DNA of 64,000 bases from Eledone cirrhosa (GCA_964016885.1 OZ024760.1:1364001-1428000), one strand, 5' to 3'; shown: positions 13,889-26,464, numbered from the stretch's first letter. The notes: generated by a model not told the origin, from the sequence alone. Program-made: numbers and translations.

Positions 13889-13925
13889 TAATTGATCATA
13901 AGAATATCTATTTTGTTAATATTGG

Positions 13926-14045
13926 ACTGAGTTCAAATCACGCCGAGGTTAACTTTACCTTTCATCCTTACGGGGTCGATAAAATAAAGTACCAGTAATA
14001 CACTGGGATAATTGCTGGCCTTGTGCCAAAAGTAGAAACAATTAA
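13926..14045 (+). mobile_element. SINE family 1, 5'-truncated, inserted in the family A element
   Basis: B-box through GTAGAAAC tail. Confidence 0.8.
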
Positions 14046-14246
14046 TAACTCTGGAAAACATTTTACAGTTGAGTGCTTCCAATCTATTGTAAAACTCATT
14101 CTTTCATGTATTCATTGAACCTTGTTTAACTCTTAAATATATATATATATATATATCCAAAATTAAAATTAAGGGTTGTCATGTCTGAGAGACATGTGCC
14201 ATACCCACCGTAGAATAAGCTCAAAGTTTAGATCCCGGGCATTACA

Positions 14247-14469
14247 TATCAACTAGAAATAGATTGATATATATATATATATAAAATAAATACATGAAAC
14301 AAGGAGATTAATCATTTTAAAAGGTATCATCTATATTTGAAGTTCTAGTCAAACTATAATTAGTTACCTACCTAGCTATGTGAGCCTACATTCTTTACAA
14401 ATTATTCCCTGTGATTGTTTCGTGTATTTATTTTATATATATATGTGTCAATCTATTTCTAGTTAATAT
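14247..14469. repeat. inverted repeat (about 55-bp arms) within a TA-rich cluster
   Basis: AACTAGAAATAGATTGA..AAAATAAATACATGAAACAA versus its reverse complement at 14416-14469. Confidence 0.7.
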
Positions 14470-14647
14470 ATTTATATATATACGGGATAACAAATTATTG
14501 TTATAGGTAGTCTACTTAGGTGTAGTCCAGTTAGGGTACTCCGAGTAGTGGATAGTATTAACGCTTGGCTAAGTTTGACTCAACAAGACGTTTCCATAGT
14601 GATGCTGCGAGTACGGGGTGATTTCTATGTTGTTTACACTTGGAGTA

Positions 14648-14849
14648 ATAATAAATCAAGAAAGAAGAGTGACATGGTTTGCTATACAATAAGGGCTTTA
14701 TTCATATTGCTGACAGAGTATTGGTGATCGATTGACGCAAAAACAGGCGGGTAGCGATCTCTAGACCTACCAGTTCAGATAAACAATTGTCAGCAATGTG
14801 AATAAAGCCCTTATTGTATAGCAAACCATGTCACTCTTCTTTCTTGATT

Positions 14850-14855
<6 letters not shown>
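14648..14855. repeat. inverted repeat (about 68-bp arms, 70-bp spacer) ending at (TA)n
   Basis: ATAATAAATCAAGAAAGAAGAGTGACATGG...GCTGACA versus TGTCAGC...CTTGATTTATTAT, near-perfect. Confidence 0.8.
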
Positions 14856-14884
<29 letters not shown>

Positions 14885-14886
<2 letters not shown>

Positions 14887-15200
14887 GTGATTTGAGAGAG
14901 AAACTGTGTCTGAGAGGGATAGAATGTAGTGTGCAAGAGAGGAGACTGAGGTGGTATGGACATGTGATGCGCATGGAGGATGACCAATGGGTGAAGAAGT
15001 GCCAGGAAATGCCAGTTGAAGGAAGACGTGGTAGAGGTAGACCACGAAAAACATGGGCGGAGGTGGTGAGAGCAGACCTCAGGTCACTGAAGCTCACGGT
15101 GGAGATGACGAAGGACCGTGACAAATGGAGAGATGCTGTGCTGAATAGGACCCATCCCACCCTTGGAAGTAGGGAAAAGCGGACGTAAAATGATGATGAT
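14885..15200 (+). mobile_element. RTE-clade LINE 3' end (5'-truncated)
   Basis: LREKL..RGIECSVQERRLRWYGHVMRMEDD..VKKC..MPVEGRRGRGRPRKTWAEVV; (ATG)n tail; sits in (TA)n. Confidence 0.9.
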
Positions 15201-15456
15201 GATATATATATCTCATCATCGCCAGTTTACGTCCAATCCTCCACGCTAGCATGGGTTAGACGAATATATATATATATATACAGATAGCTATATAAACACA
15301 GATAGCTAGATATATATATACAGATAGCTAGATATATTATATATATAGATAGATATATTATATATGTGTATATATGGATGTTAAACGATGATATATATAT
15401 ATATATCAAGTAAGTATGTTTTGAAACAGTGTGCAGGTTTGAAATTAGAAAATAGA

Positions 15457-15642
15457 ATAGCTTTCACCGTATTTTTGACTAAAGGAATTTTAGCCTGATA
15501 ATGGGGTTTAGAACCCTCAGATAAATGGAAAAAGATGAGTAGTGACGTATATGGGAGTCAATACTCATCTTTTTCCATTTATCTGAGGGTTCTAAACCCC
15601 ATTATCAGGCTAAAATTCCTTTAGTCAAAAATACGGTGAAAG

Positions 15643-15646
<4 letters not shown>
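15457..15646. repeat. near-perfect 190-bp palindrome ending at (TA)n
   Basis: About 90-bp arms, ATAGCTTTCACCG...GATGAGTA / TACTCATC...CGGTGAAAGCTAT, with a loop of about 10 nt. Confidence 0.85.
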
Positions 15647-15681
<35 letters not shown>

Positions 15682-15949
15682 ATTATACATATATTTAATA
15701 ATATACAATTAAATAGCTCTGTACAATACATAGAGCACTCACTCTCCTTTCCTTTGCCTTTTCTACGGAAATATTTAACACACACATAAATATATATATA
15801 TATATATAACCAAAGATTAGTATTGTTCATTGATTACTCAATGAATACAATTTTACAATAGATTAGAAGCACTCAACAAAAAAGTTTTCCTGGAGTTTTT
15901 AATATTCAAAATATTAACAAATGAAAAATATTCTCATAATCAAAATATA

Positions 15950-16015
15950 TACTTTATTATATATATTTCAAAGGTACTGTGTTGTTTTTTCAGTACGTCC
16001 TCATCAGACAAAATA
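15950..16015 (-). ncRNA. minimal hammerhead ribozyme, family A
   Basis: Minus strand: TATTTTGT CTGATGA GGACGTACTG..CAGTACCTTT GAAA TATATA TA ATAAAGTA; stem I kept by G-U pairs. Confidence 0.7.
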
Positions 16016-16387
16016 TATGATTTGATATATGACATACCGCTATGGTCTGGATTATTCAATTCCAGTCTAGGTATATATATATATATATGGACATTAAACG
16101 ATGATGGTATATGTATGTATATATATATATATATATATATGAAAAACATGGGGAGAAGAATACTGCATGGTTGCACATGGATTACATATTATAAAATTAG
16201 TCCCTCATCAGTGATTTGTCAACCATCATTGGTATTTCATCGCATTAAAAATCAGATACCTCAGGTTGGTGCGAGCAATAACTAAAATAAGCTATATATA
16301 TATAGTGAAAAAGGAACGGGAACAAAACAGAGAGGCAGTACGAACAAAGGTTTATTAGTTTCACGCTCTTGAGGAGGGGGGGGGGGA

Positions 16388-16475
16388 ACGACGTTTCGGG
16401 CATAAGCCCTTCTTCAGGCGAAAATATATATATATATATTTTCGCCTGAAGAAGGGCTTATGCCCGAAACGTCGT
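16388..16475. ncRNA. 88-bp palindrome of two divergent minimal hammerhead cores
   Basis: CTGAAGA AGGGCTTATGCCC GAAACGTC on each strand, centred on a (TA)n run; stem I is not evident. Confidence 0.6.
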
Positions 16476-16598
16476 GTATATATATGTGTGTGTGTGTGTG
16501 TATATATATAGAAAACTGCATATATGACATTGCGTTTGTGTATATATGTGTGTATGAATCATAAGCATGCTTGTGTGCAGATGTATGAATTTGCATAA

Positions 16599-16650
<52 letters not shown>

Positions 16651-18065
16651 ATGTATGTTTATTCTATATATATGTATACCTGTCTGTTTGTGTTTATATT
16701 TTGGATCTATATTTAATGTGTGTGTGTATATAAATATATATGTGATGTGTATACATAACTAGGTCGTGTGTGTGTATATATAAATATATGTAATGTGTAT
16801 ACATAACTATGTCGTGTGTGTATATATATGTGTAATGTGTGTATATATGAATGTGTGTTGTGTGTATATATGAATATGTGATGTGATGTGTGTGTGTATA
16901 TACACAAATATATGAGATCTGTGTATGTGTAAATATATATGTAATGCGTGTAAATATGTGATGTGTGTGCCTCATTTGACATTTTTGTTCTCCACCCTAT
17001 CCACCGCACCCCGACCACCACACCCCATCCTTCCCCCACGCCACCAGTCCCCTCTTTACCCTTTGGAAAATCCTCAGTTGTTTGCTAACCCGAGACCACC
17101 TACATGGTGGGGTGACTTCCTCTAGGTTTCCTTTTTAGGAGGAAGGGTGAAGTTTATATTTAGAAAGAAACAATTGACTTTTTTAATTAATTATGTGATA
17201 TTTTGTAGCTTTAACGAGCGGCGCTAATTTGTCGCAGTTCCGTAAAAGGTTACTGAAGAGGTGTACTTCTGCTGTTGTTTTTCTCTGAAAGCTGGTTTTC
17301 ATCTCATAGTAATAGCTATACCAGCCTCACACTAAAAACGGGTGGAGGATTTCTAGTGTTTGCTTAGAAGTTAGCAGGAATTTATTCCCAGTATATAAAT
17401 TTACAAAGGATACACCATAGCTGAATGGGTAAGAAGCTTGAAGTGTTGCTTAGCAATCAGTTGGTGCTGTCTTTGAGTTCAGTCTTACTGCATGCCATCT
17501 GGAGGATTTGTAGTGTATGCTTAGAAGTTAGCAGGAATTTATTCGCATCATCATCATCATCATCGATTAACGTCCATCTTCCATGCTAGCATGGGTTAGA
17601 CGTGTCCTATTTTGAGGCAAGTTGTGGAATATCAATGAAAGCTTCTGCCATGAGTTGCAACTGATAATATCGGCTTTGAAGGGGAGATTGACAGATAATA
17701 TTGGCTTACAGCTCTATTGGTAAACACAGACAAATCATCATCATCACCGTTTTACGTCCATTTTTCCAGGCTAGCATGGATTAAACGAGTTATCCTGTTG
17801 TGGGCAGTGCTAGGTTGGTGACCATGTCTTGCTCATACAGAACAGATTTTAGCTAGGTTTCTACAGCTGGATGCCCTTCTCAATGCCAACCTCTGTCATC
17901 ATCATCATCATCATCACCATAGAACATATATGTCCACATTTACACCCTGTGTAACATATATAGCTAAAAGGTGGTATACTAGGGCTGGGCCACCCTCATG
18001 CTCTGTATCATTAAAGCACCAATGTTACAGCTTTGGTCCTTGACACAAACATCGTTAAACATACA

Positions 18066-18243
18066 CAGGGAAATTCCTTTTTAACAAAATTCATGGGGTA
18101 TAAAAAAAATTTGTTGTAACGAAAAATTATTTATAACGAGATCGACCAAAACACTTCGAGTTTGTTGTCGGGGATTGAAAAAAAATGTTCATTATACTGA
18201 AAAATTTGTTATAATGGTATTTGTTATAATGGAATTATACCTG
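18066..18243. mobile_element. Tc1/mariner (Tigger/pogo-like) MITE
   Basis: CAGGGAAATTCC..TAACAAA ... TTTGTTATAATGGAATTATACCTG|TA; imperfect terminal inverted repeats and internal TTGTTATAA repeats. Confidence 0.55.
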
Positions 18244-18342
18244 TATAGCTAAAAAATGGTATGTTAGAGCTAGGGCACTCTCATGTCCTGTATCATTAAA
18301 GCACCAATGTTACTACTTTGTTCCTTGATACAAACATCGTTA

Positions 18343-18940
18343 CCCTTTTAGCATTTAAACCAGCCATATCCAGCCAAAATTCTCTCACCTCCTTCTTTTC
18401 AAACCAGCTGTAACCGGCCACTCATACTTATGTCAAGGTATTCTCAAGATAAATAATATCAAAATCTCATAGATTTGATATTATGTGAGATAATTATGTA
18501 AGATAAAGCCTTTACCATGAAAATACAAAAGTATAAATGACAAAACCAGAGTTTTATTTTCTGCAATAACAATAATAATAATTGTTTCTACTTTAGGCAC
18601 AAGGCCAGCAATTAACTCAGTTCATTACTGGTACTTTATTTTATCGACCCCGTAAGGATGAAAGGGTGTAACTATGATACAATGCATGGTGTCTACCGAT
18701 AGTGCCAATCCACTGACAACTATAATGACGGCAATAATAGAGAAAAGGAAAGAATGAATAGGGAAATATAGAGGGAAGAAAGAAAAAGAATGTGGAGAGG
18801 GTGGCAAGAGCTCTGTTGTCGCAGAAGAGAGGGAGGGGGGATTGGGCTTTGAGTCTAGGGCAAGAGAGCAGAAGTGCTATGCCCTGTGGACAAGACAGCA
18901 AAAGCATTGATATATATGGAGTAATGTAAATGCTAAAGGG
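18343..18940 (+). mobile_element. piggyBac-type MITE interrupted by an insert of about 370 bp containing a SINE fragment
   Basis: 5' part 18343-18535 and 3' terminus 18910-18940 followed by TTAA. Confidence 0.7.
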
Positions 18941-19263
18941 TTAAACATATAAGCTATAAAGTGATATATTAGAGCTGGGTCAGCCTCATGTCCTGTATTG
19001 TTAAAAACACCAATACTTACTGCCTTGTTCACACTTAATTCCATTGCTTGGTTTAATAAATTCCACCACCATCTGGTTCTTGGGTACCTTTAAGTGATGT
19101 CTCCAATCTGTTGCAAGGACTCACCCCCACCCCCCACCCCGTCTGTGCGCTTCCATCCGTTCCTACCCCACTCCCTTCCACCCAACCAGTCTTGGACACC
19201 CTTATCAAATAGTAAAAACAAAAAAATAAAATAATCTGTATCTAATATAAAGCACTGATTGTG

Positions 19264-19462
19264 CTCTCTCTCTCTCTCTCTCCATCTCTCTCTCTCTTCC
19301 TATCTACCTATCCATTTATCTATCTCTGTCTCTCTCTCTCCCCCTTTCTATCTATCTATCTCTCTCTTTTTCTCTCTTTATTTTTCTCTCTGCCACATCT
19401 CGCTCTCTCTCCCTCCCTTTCGATCTATCTATATCTCTCTTTGTCTATCTGTCTTTCTCTCA

Positions 19463-19517
<55 letters not shown>

Positions 19518-19740
19518 TCTCTCTCATTTTCTCTCTCTCTCTCTCCCTCTCTCTCTCTCCCTCTCTCTCTCTCCCTCTCTCTCTCCCTCTCTCTCTCTGT
19601 CTCTCTCTCTCTCCCTCTCTCTCTCTGTCTCTCTCTCTCTCTCCCTCTCTCTCTCTGTCTCTCTCTCTCTCCCTCTCTCTCTCTTTGTCTATCTGTCTTT
19701 CTCTCTCTATCTCTCTCTCTCTCTCCTATCTCTCTCCACT
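19264..19740. repeat. (CT)n microsatellite region
   Basis: Direct inspection. Confidence 0.9.
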
Positions 19741-20254
19741 CCCTTGTCACAAATACAAAAATCAGTCATTGCCCTCATTTTTTCTACACTTACATGTGTG
19801 TGTGTGAGTGCTTGTATTTGTGTGTATTTGTATATATGTGTGTTTTTGTATGTGTGTGTATTTGTGCATGTGTGTGTGTGCGCATATTTGAACATATGTA
19901 TGTGTACACGCGCATTTTGGAAATTCTTGTAAAGAGAAAAACTACATCTCACCCTCTCTCGAACCCTCTCACTTTCTCTCTGTCTTCTGCTTTCTCTCTC
20001 TACTTCTCTTCCTCTCCTTATCTGCACCCCCCCCCAACCCTAGGTGGGCTCTCTTCCCCCCTCAACCACTCCCCAACCCCCCAGATACATTGTAAAATCT
20101 TTCATGCTTTGATTGCCTTTAATGATAAACAGATAAGCTGTTTTTTTTCTTCTTCACTGGCAGTCTGAGATGTCTGTCTGTCTGTCTGTCTATTTGTCTG
20201 TCTGTCTGTATGTCTGTCTGTCTGTATGTCTGTATGTCTGTCTGTCAGTTCTTC

Positions 20255-21190
20255 TATCATATACCACCACTGCCTCACCTTTCATTATATACCACCACCA
20301 CTACCACCACCTCACTATCATATACCACTACCACCACCTCATCCTCATCCTCATATGCCACCACCATCATATACCACCACCATACCATCATATGCCACCA
20401 CCACCACTACCACCACCTCACTATCATATACCACCACTACCACACCATCCATCATAAACCACCACTACCACCATCTCACCATCATATACCACCACCACCA
20501 CCACTACCACCACCACCACCTCACCATCATATGCCACCACCACCATACCATCATAAACCACCACTACCACCATTTCACCATCATATACCACCACCACTAC
20601 CACCATCTCACCATCATATACCACCATTTCACCATCATATACCACCATTTCACCATCATATACCACCACCACCACTACCACCATTTCACCATCATATACC
20701 ACCACCACCACTACCACCACCTCACCATCATATACCACCACTACCACCATCTCACCACCACCACCACCACTACCACCATCTCACCATCATAAACCACCAC
20801 CACCACTACCACCACCATACCATCATAAACCACCACCACCACTACCACCATTTCACCACCACCACTACCACCATTTCACCATCATATACCACCACCACCA
20901 CTACCACCACCTCACCACTACCACCATCTCACCACCACCACTACCACCACCTCACCATCATATACCACCACCACCACCACCACCACCACTACCACCACCA
21001 TACCATCATAAACCACCACCACCACTACCACCACCTCACCACCACCACCACTACCACCATCTCACCACCACCACTACCACCACCTCACCATCATATACCA
21101 CCACCACCACCACCATACCATCATAAACCACCACCACCACCACCACCACCATACCATCATAAACCACCACTACCACCACCTCACCATCCA
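20255..21190. repeat. CAC-based minisatellite (CACCATCATATACCACC)
   Basis: Direct inspection. Confidence 0.9.
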
Positions 21191-21507
21191 TCATGTACCA
21201 CTTGCTATTTCTAAAGGATCTCTCTCCCACCCCACCCTCACTCTCGCCCCCTGCCCTGCCCTCACTACACACATATATCTATATATTCATGCTGGTGTTC
21301 TCAGACTTAAGAAAGCATGAGAGATGGTGGAAGAGGCGGAGGAGGGAGGGTGGAAGAGAGCAGGGAGGCAGGCAGGGGGTCTCTACACATCTGCCCCTCC
21401 CCCCTTCCTCCTACCCCTCTTCCTCTTCTTCATGGTGAAGCAGACACAGACTTCTTTATTATATATATACATATATATACATATATGTATATATATGTAC
21501 ATATATA

Positions 21508-21543
<36 letters not shown>

Positions 21544-21566
21544 CATATATATATATATATACATAC

Positions 21567-21621
<55 letters not shown>

Positions 21622-22061
21622 TGTATATATATGTATATATATGTATATATATGTATATATATGTATATGCTGAGAGACAGACACTCCAGCTGTGGCCATC
21701 CATCTGGTTGTGGTATTTATTATTCACACACAGCAGTCAGTCTGTTACATATGTTTTAGGGGGTTACTACATACATTATCTAATGTGTCTGTCTTCACTT
21801 TTCCCCTGTTTGGGGGTCGAGCTGATTTTATTCAATATCCTATAAGGGAGTATATGATTTGACAATAGATTCGGCTGCTATTTCTAGCATGTTGAGAAGA
21901 TGCTTATAGCAAAGAGTGCGATTTGAGGATGATTTGGCTGTTATTTCTAGCACTGAGGATGTGATATGAGTACATGGTGAGATTTAACTCTTTATGGCTG
22001 CATTTCTAATGAAATACACTCTATTTTAATTGATTAATGAAGAATTTTGAGATTTACTAAC

Positions 22062-22240
22062 ATTGGCAGTATCGGTAGAGGGTTGGACGCTATGCTTTGC
22101 AGCATAGAGTTACGGTCCTTTACGGTCTCAGTTCAAATCCTGCTGAGGTTAACTTTGCCTTTCATCCTTACGGGGTCGATAAAATAAAGTACCAGTAATG
22201 CACCGGGGTAATTGCTGGCCTTGTGCCAAAGGTAGAAACA
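22062..22240 (+). mobile_element. SINE family 1
   Basis: Head, B-box, central domain and tail all present. Confidence 0.8.
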
Positions 22241-22479
22241 TTTATTAACCATATCATTATTAAGATAGAAACTTAAGGTAAGGGTTCTTATATAAAATTA
22301 TGTTGAAAGCTTTTAATTTAAAGGGGAAACCTTTAAAATGGGTGACTTTATTTCATAGAAGCAGAGCAGGTTCTGGCCGGATTGGTAACTTAAGGGTTTG
22401 ACTGCTATTTCTGTCATGTTGAGAAAATGTCATGTTTAAGTGATGCAGTTTGAGTGGAACAATGTTGATGATGATGATG

Positions 22480-23220
22480 TATGTACCAGTTAGGGCTGAT
22501 AGTGTGGTAAACTAGATGTTATGATGTGAATTGAAAGAGGAAGAGATTTGGCTGCTATTTCTAGCATGTTGATCATCATCATCATCATCATCATGTCAGT
22601 GCCAGTAAGTGCTGGTGGTGCTGATAGTGGTTGTGATGATGATGATGATGGTGGTGGTGGTGATGATGGTAAACTGGATGTTAGGATAAATGCTGTGAAT
22701 TTAGGGGAGGAGAGATTTGGCTGCTATTTCTAGCATGCTGATGATGATGATGATCAGTAAGTGCTGGTGGAGGTGGGGCTGATAGGGGTGGTGGTAAACT
22801 AGATGTTATAATAAATGCTGTGAATTGAGGAGAGGAGAGATTTGGCTGCTATTTCTAGCATGCTGATGATGATGATCAGTAAGTGTTGGTGGTTGTGGTG
22901 GTGATGTTGATGGTGAAGGTGGAGCTGATAGTGGTGGTGGTGGTGGTGGTGATGGTGGTTGTGGTAAACTGGATGTTATGATGGATGCTGTGAATTGAGG
23001 GGAGGAGAGATTTGGCTGCTATATCTAGCATGATGATGATGATCAGTAAGTGGTGGTGGTGGTGATGGTGATGATGGTGGAGGTGGTGATGATGGAGGTT
23101 GTGGTAAACTGGATGTTATAATAAATGCTGTGAATTAAGAGGAGAGGAGAGATTTGGCTGTTATTTCTAGCATGCCGATGATGATGATGATGATGATGAT
23201 CAGTAAGCCAGTGGCAGTAA
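22480..23220 (+). repeat. tandem array of about 5 units with a constant core and variable (GAT)n/(GGT)n linkers
   Basis: GGTAAACT.GATGTTA..ATAAATGCTGTGAATT..GGAGAGATTTGGCTGCTATTTCTAGCATG repeated. Confidence 0.8.
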
Positions 23221-23565
23221 GTACTGCTGCTGCTGGTGATGGTAGTAGGTGGTAATGGTGGTGGTGGTCGTGGTAGGTGGTAATGGTGGTGGTGGTGGTA
23301 AGTTAAAAGCTGTATATAGCCTCAAAACACCTTTAATGATATAAAATGACACCATAATTACCCTGAAAAAACAACCACATGAACAAGTTTAGCTCACAGC
23401 TGTTATCTATACAACTCAGCCTTTTTATTATGTGTTGTGTTTACTTCTGCTGTATTTTGTTGTTGTTATTGTTGTTTGGGTGGTGGTGGTGGTGGTGGTG
23501 TGTTTCCTTTTTTTATTACTTATTGTTGTTGTCATCATCATCACCATCATTATCATCATTATCCA

Positions 23566-23985
23566 TCGAATTGGCAGTATCGGTAGAGGTTCGGACTTGC
23601 TTTCCAGCATAGTTATGTCCCTTTATGATCTAAGTTCAAATCCCGCTGAGGTTAACTTTGCCTTTCATCGATACGGGGGTCGATAAAATAAAGTACCAGT
23701 AATGTACTGGGTAATTGCTGGCCTTGTGCCAATAATGTACTGGGTAATTGCTGGCCTTGTGCCAAAAGTAGAAACAATTATTATATTATCCATCGATGGA
23801 TTGGCAGTATCGGTAGAGAGTCGGACGCCATGCTTTCCAGCATAGAGTTACTGCCCTTTACGGTCTGAGTTCAAATCCCGCCGAGGTTAACTTTGCCTTT
23901 CATCCTTACGGGGTCGATAAAATAAAAGTACCAGTAATGCACTGGGGTAATTGCTGGCCTTGTGCCAAAAGTAGAAACAATTATT
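23566..23985 (+). mobile_element. two tandem SINE family 1 copies
   Basis: About 23566-23775 and 23797-23980, each preceded by ATTATCCATCG. Confidence 0.8.
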
Positions 23986-24667
23986 ATATTATCCATCATC
24001 ATCACCATCATCGTCACCATCATCGTCACCATCACCACCACCATCATCGTCACCATCACCACCACCATCATCGTCACCATCACCACCACCACCATCATCA
24101 TCACTATTATTATCACCCATCATCATTATCATCATAATCATCATCACTTATTCCTTGTCATAGTCATTCACCATCTTCATCATCACCATCATTATTATCA
24201 TTATCATCACCATCATCATCATTATTATCATTATCATCATCATCATCATTTATAATCATTGTTACCATCATTATCATCATCATCATTATAATCATCATCA
24301 TCATTATCATCATCATCACTTATTCATTGTCACAGTACTTCATCTAGGGTCATTGACCCCACAGGTGTATTGTGGGGTGGAGGACAAGGGGGGGAACTCT
24401 TATACATACATTTCCACAATTATTTCATTTGCATATTGTAAGCCCCTCCCCCACAGGTGTTGGGCCTTTGTGGCCATTATTAATATTATTATTATTATTA
24501 TTTCTGAGTTCTAATCCCGCCGAGGTTAACTTTGCCTTTCACCCTTACGGGGTCGATAGAATAAAGTACCAGTAATGCACTTGGGTTGATTTAATCGACT
24601 TTCCTCACTTCCCCCAAAATTACTGGCCTTGTGCTTAAATTAAAACCATTATTTTTACTGTATTTTA

Positions 24668-24668
24668 T

Positions 24669-24734
<66 letters not shown>

Positions 24735-25080
24735 TACAACTACTATCATATTACTACTACTACCACTACTACAACTACTATCATATTACTACTACTACCA
24801 CTACTACTATTACTACTACTACTACCACCACTATTACTACTTCTACTACTACTACTATTACTACCACTACTATTACTACCACTACTATTACTACCACTAC
24901 TACCATCACTACCACTACTACCATCACTATTACTACTACCACCACTACTTACTACTACTACTACTATTACTACTTCTACTACTACTACTATCACTACCAC
25001 TACTACCATCACTATTACTACTACCACCACCACTATTACTACTACTACTACTACTATTACTACCACTACTACTATCATTA
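24668..25080. repeat. (TAC)n microsatellite
   Basis: Direct inspection. Confidence 0.9.
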
Positions 25081-26139
25081 TGAAACATTAAAAACATGAC
25101 TTCTCTCTCTCTACGTCACAGTTCCATGTAACAACTGAGAGAAAAAAATACGGTTGGATGGGAACATCTGCTTTCAATACGTTGTTGTTGTTGTTGGTGG
25201 TGTTGTTGGTGGTGGTGGTGGTGGTGTTGTTGGTGGTGGTGGTGGTGGTGTTGTTGTTGTTGTTGTTGTTGTTAGTGGTGGTGTTGGTGGTAACACAGAC
25301 ATCTCTCATTTGTATCTTGTCAAGATTATTTTAGTTTTTATTCCAAATAGGAACCAAAGTTGTTGCTGTTGGTGGTAGGGGTGGTGGTGGTGTTGGTGGT
25401 AGGGATGGTGGTGGTGTTGGTGGTAGTGGTGGTGGTGGTGGTGGTAGGGATGGTGGTGGTGGTGGTGGTAGGGATGGTGGTGGTAGGGATGGTGGTGGTG
25501 GTGGTGGTGGTGGTGGTAGGGATGGTGGTGGTGGTGGTAGGGATGGTGGTGGTGGTGGTGGTGGTGGTAGGGTTGGTGGTGGTGGTGGTGGTAGGGATGG
25601 TGGTGGTGTTGGTGGTAGGGATGGTGGTGATCTTGGTGTTGTTTGTGATGATGTAGTTGTTGGTGGTGGTAGTGTTGGTATTGGTGGTTGTTGATGGTGA
25701 TAGTAGTGGTTGTGTTTCTCTTCTTGCTGGTGGTGGTGGTGTTGTTGTTGGTGGTGGTGTTGTTGTTGTTGTAGTTATGCCATTTATTAACTCGTCCTTC
25801 ATGTAACTCTGTCTTTCTATCCCTACTTCAATTCTAATTGACTAATTGTGTTACTCTATAAATATACAAACTGCTTTACAAGTTCAATTGACTGTGGTTA
25901 ATGGATGGTGGGATGGTGAGGGTGGGAGGTTTGTGGGGGTGGTGAAGGTGACGGCTGGGGGGGGGGTAGGAGATTGGTGGGGGTGGTGAAGGTGAGGACA
26001 GGAAGTTGTTGGGGGTGGTGAAGGTGAGAGTTAAACCTCTTTTTCTTACTCCATATAAACCCTATTTTCTGTTGTAATGTTCCTTGTATTGTCCCCCAAT
26101 GTTTTGAGACATCTGTAGCCAATAAAATATACCATTATA

Positions 26140-26350
26140 TTTGCAGTACCGGTAGAGGGTCGGGCACTATGCTTTGCAGCAAAGAGTTACGGCCATTTAC
26201 GGTCTGAGTTCAAATCCCCCGCCGAGGTTAACTTTGCCTTTCATCTTTACGGGGGTCGATAAAATAAAGTACCAGTAATGTACTGGGGTCGATTTAATTG
26301 ACTTTGCCTCCTTCCCTTCGAATTGCCGGCCTTGTGCCAAAACTAGAAAC
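26140..26350 (+). mobile_element. SINE family 1 (long variant)
   Basis: Homologous to 10820-11042. Confidence 0.8.
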
Positions 26351-26404
26351 TATAGTGTCGGACAACATTCTCTGTGGCATATAGTGTGGCAAGTATATAT
26401 ATAC

Positions 26405-26464
<60 letters not shown>

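Larger units (their letters stand above)
13616..13923. mobile_element. fold-back element, family A (Penelope-like pLTR remnant)
   Basis: About 135-bp arm inverted around GGTTAAGATTCAATCAAGG-TAGT-CTTGATTGAATCTTAACC; a hammerhead motif in each arm; abuts (TA)n; the tail continues at about 14050-14130 beyond a SINE. Confidence 0.7.
17955..19030 (+). repeat. three diverged units of about 100 bp separated by DNA-transposon insertions
   Basis: AGCTA..GGTAT.TTAG.GCTGGG...CTCATG.C.TGTAT..TTAAAGCACCAAT at about 17960, 18245 and 18950. Confidence 0.65.

Noticed and set aside
14575-14640. Minus-strand GAAACGTC with an AACAA/TTGTT stem
   Set aside because: No CUGANGA core in the required position.
16140-16222. 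Minus-strand CTGATGA hammerhead candidate
   Set aside because: GCAAC in place of GAAAC and no stem I partner; at best a decayed relic.
17268-17325. CTGAAGA...GAAAG hammerhead candidate
   Set aside because: Stems I and III cannot be formed.
22480-23220. CRISPR-like repeat-spacer appearance (also 56345-57815)
   Set aside because: Spacers are simple repeats or identical, there are no cas genes, and the context is eukaryotic.
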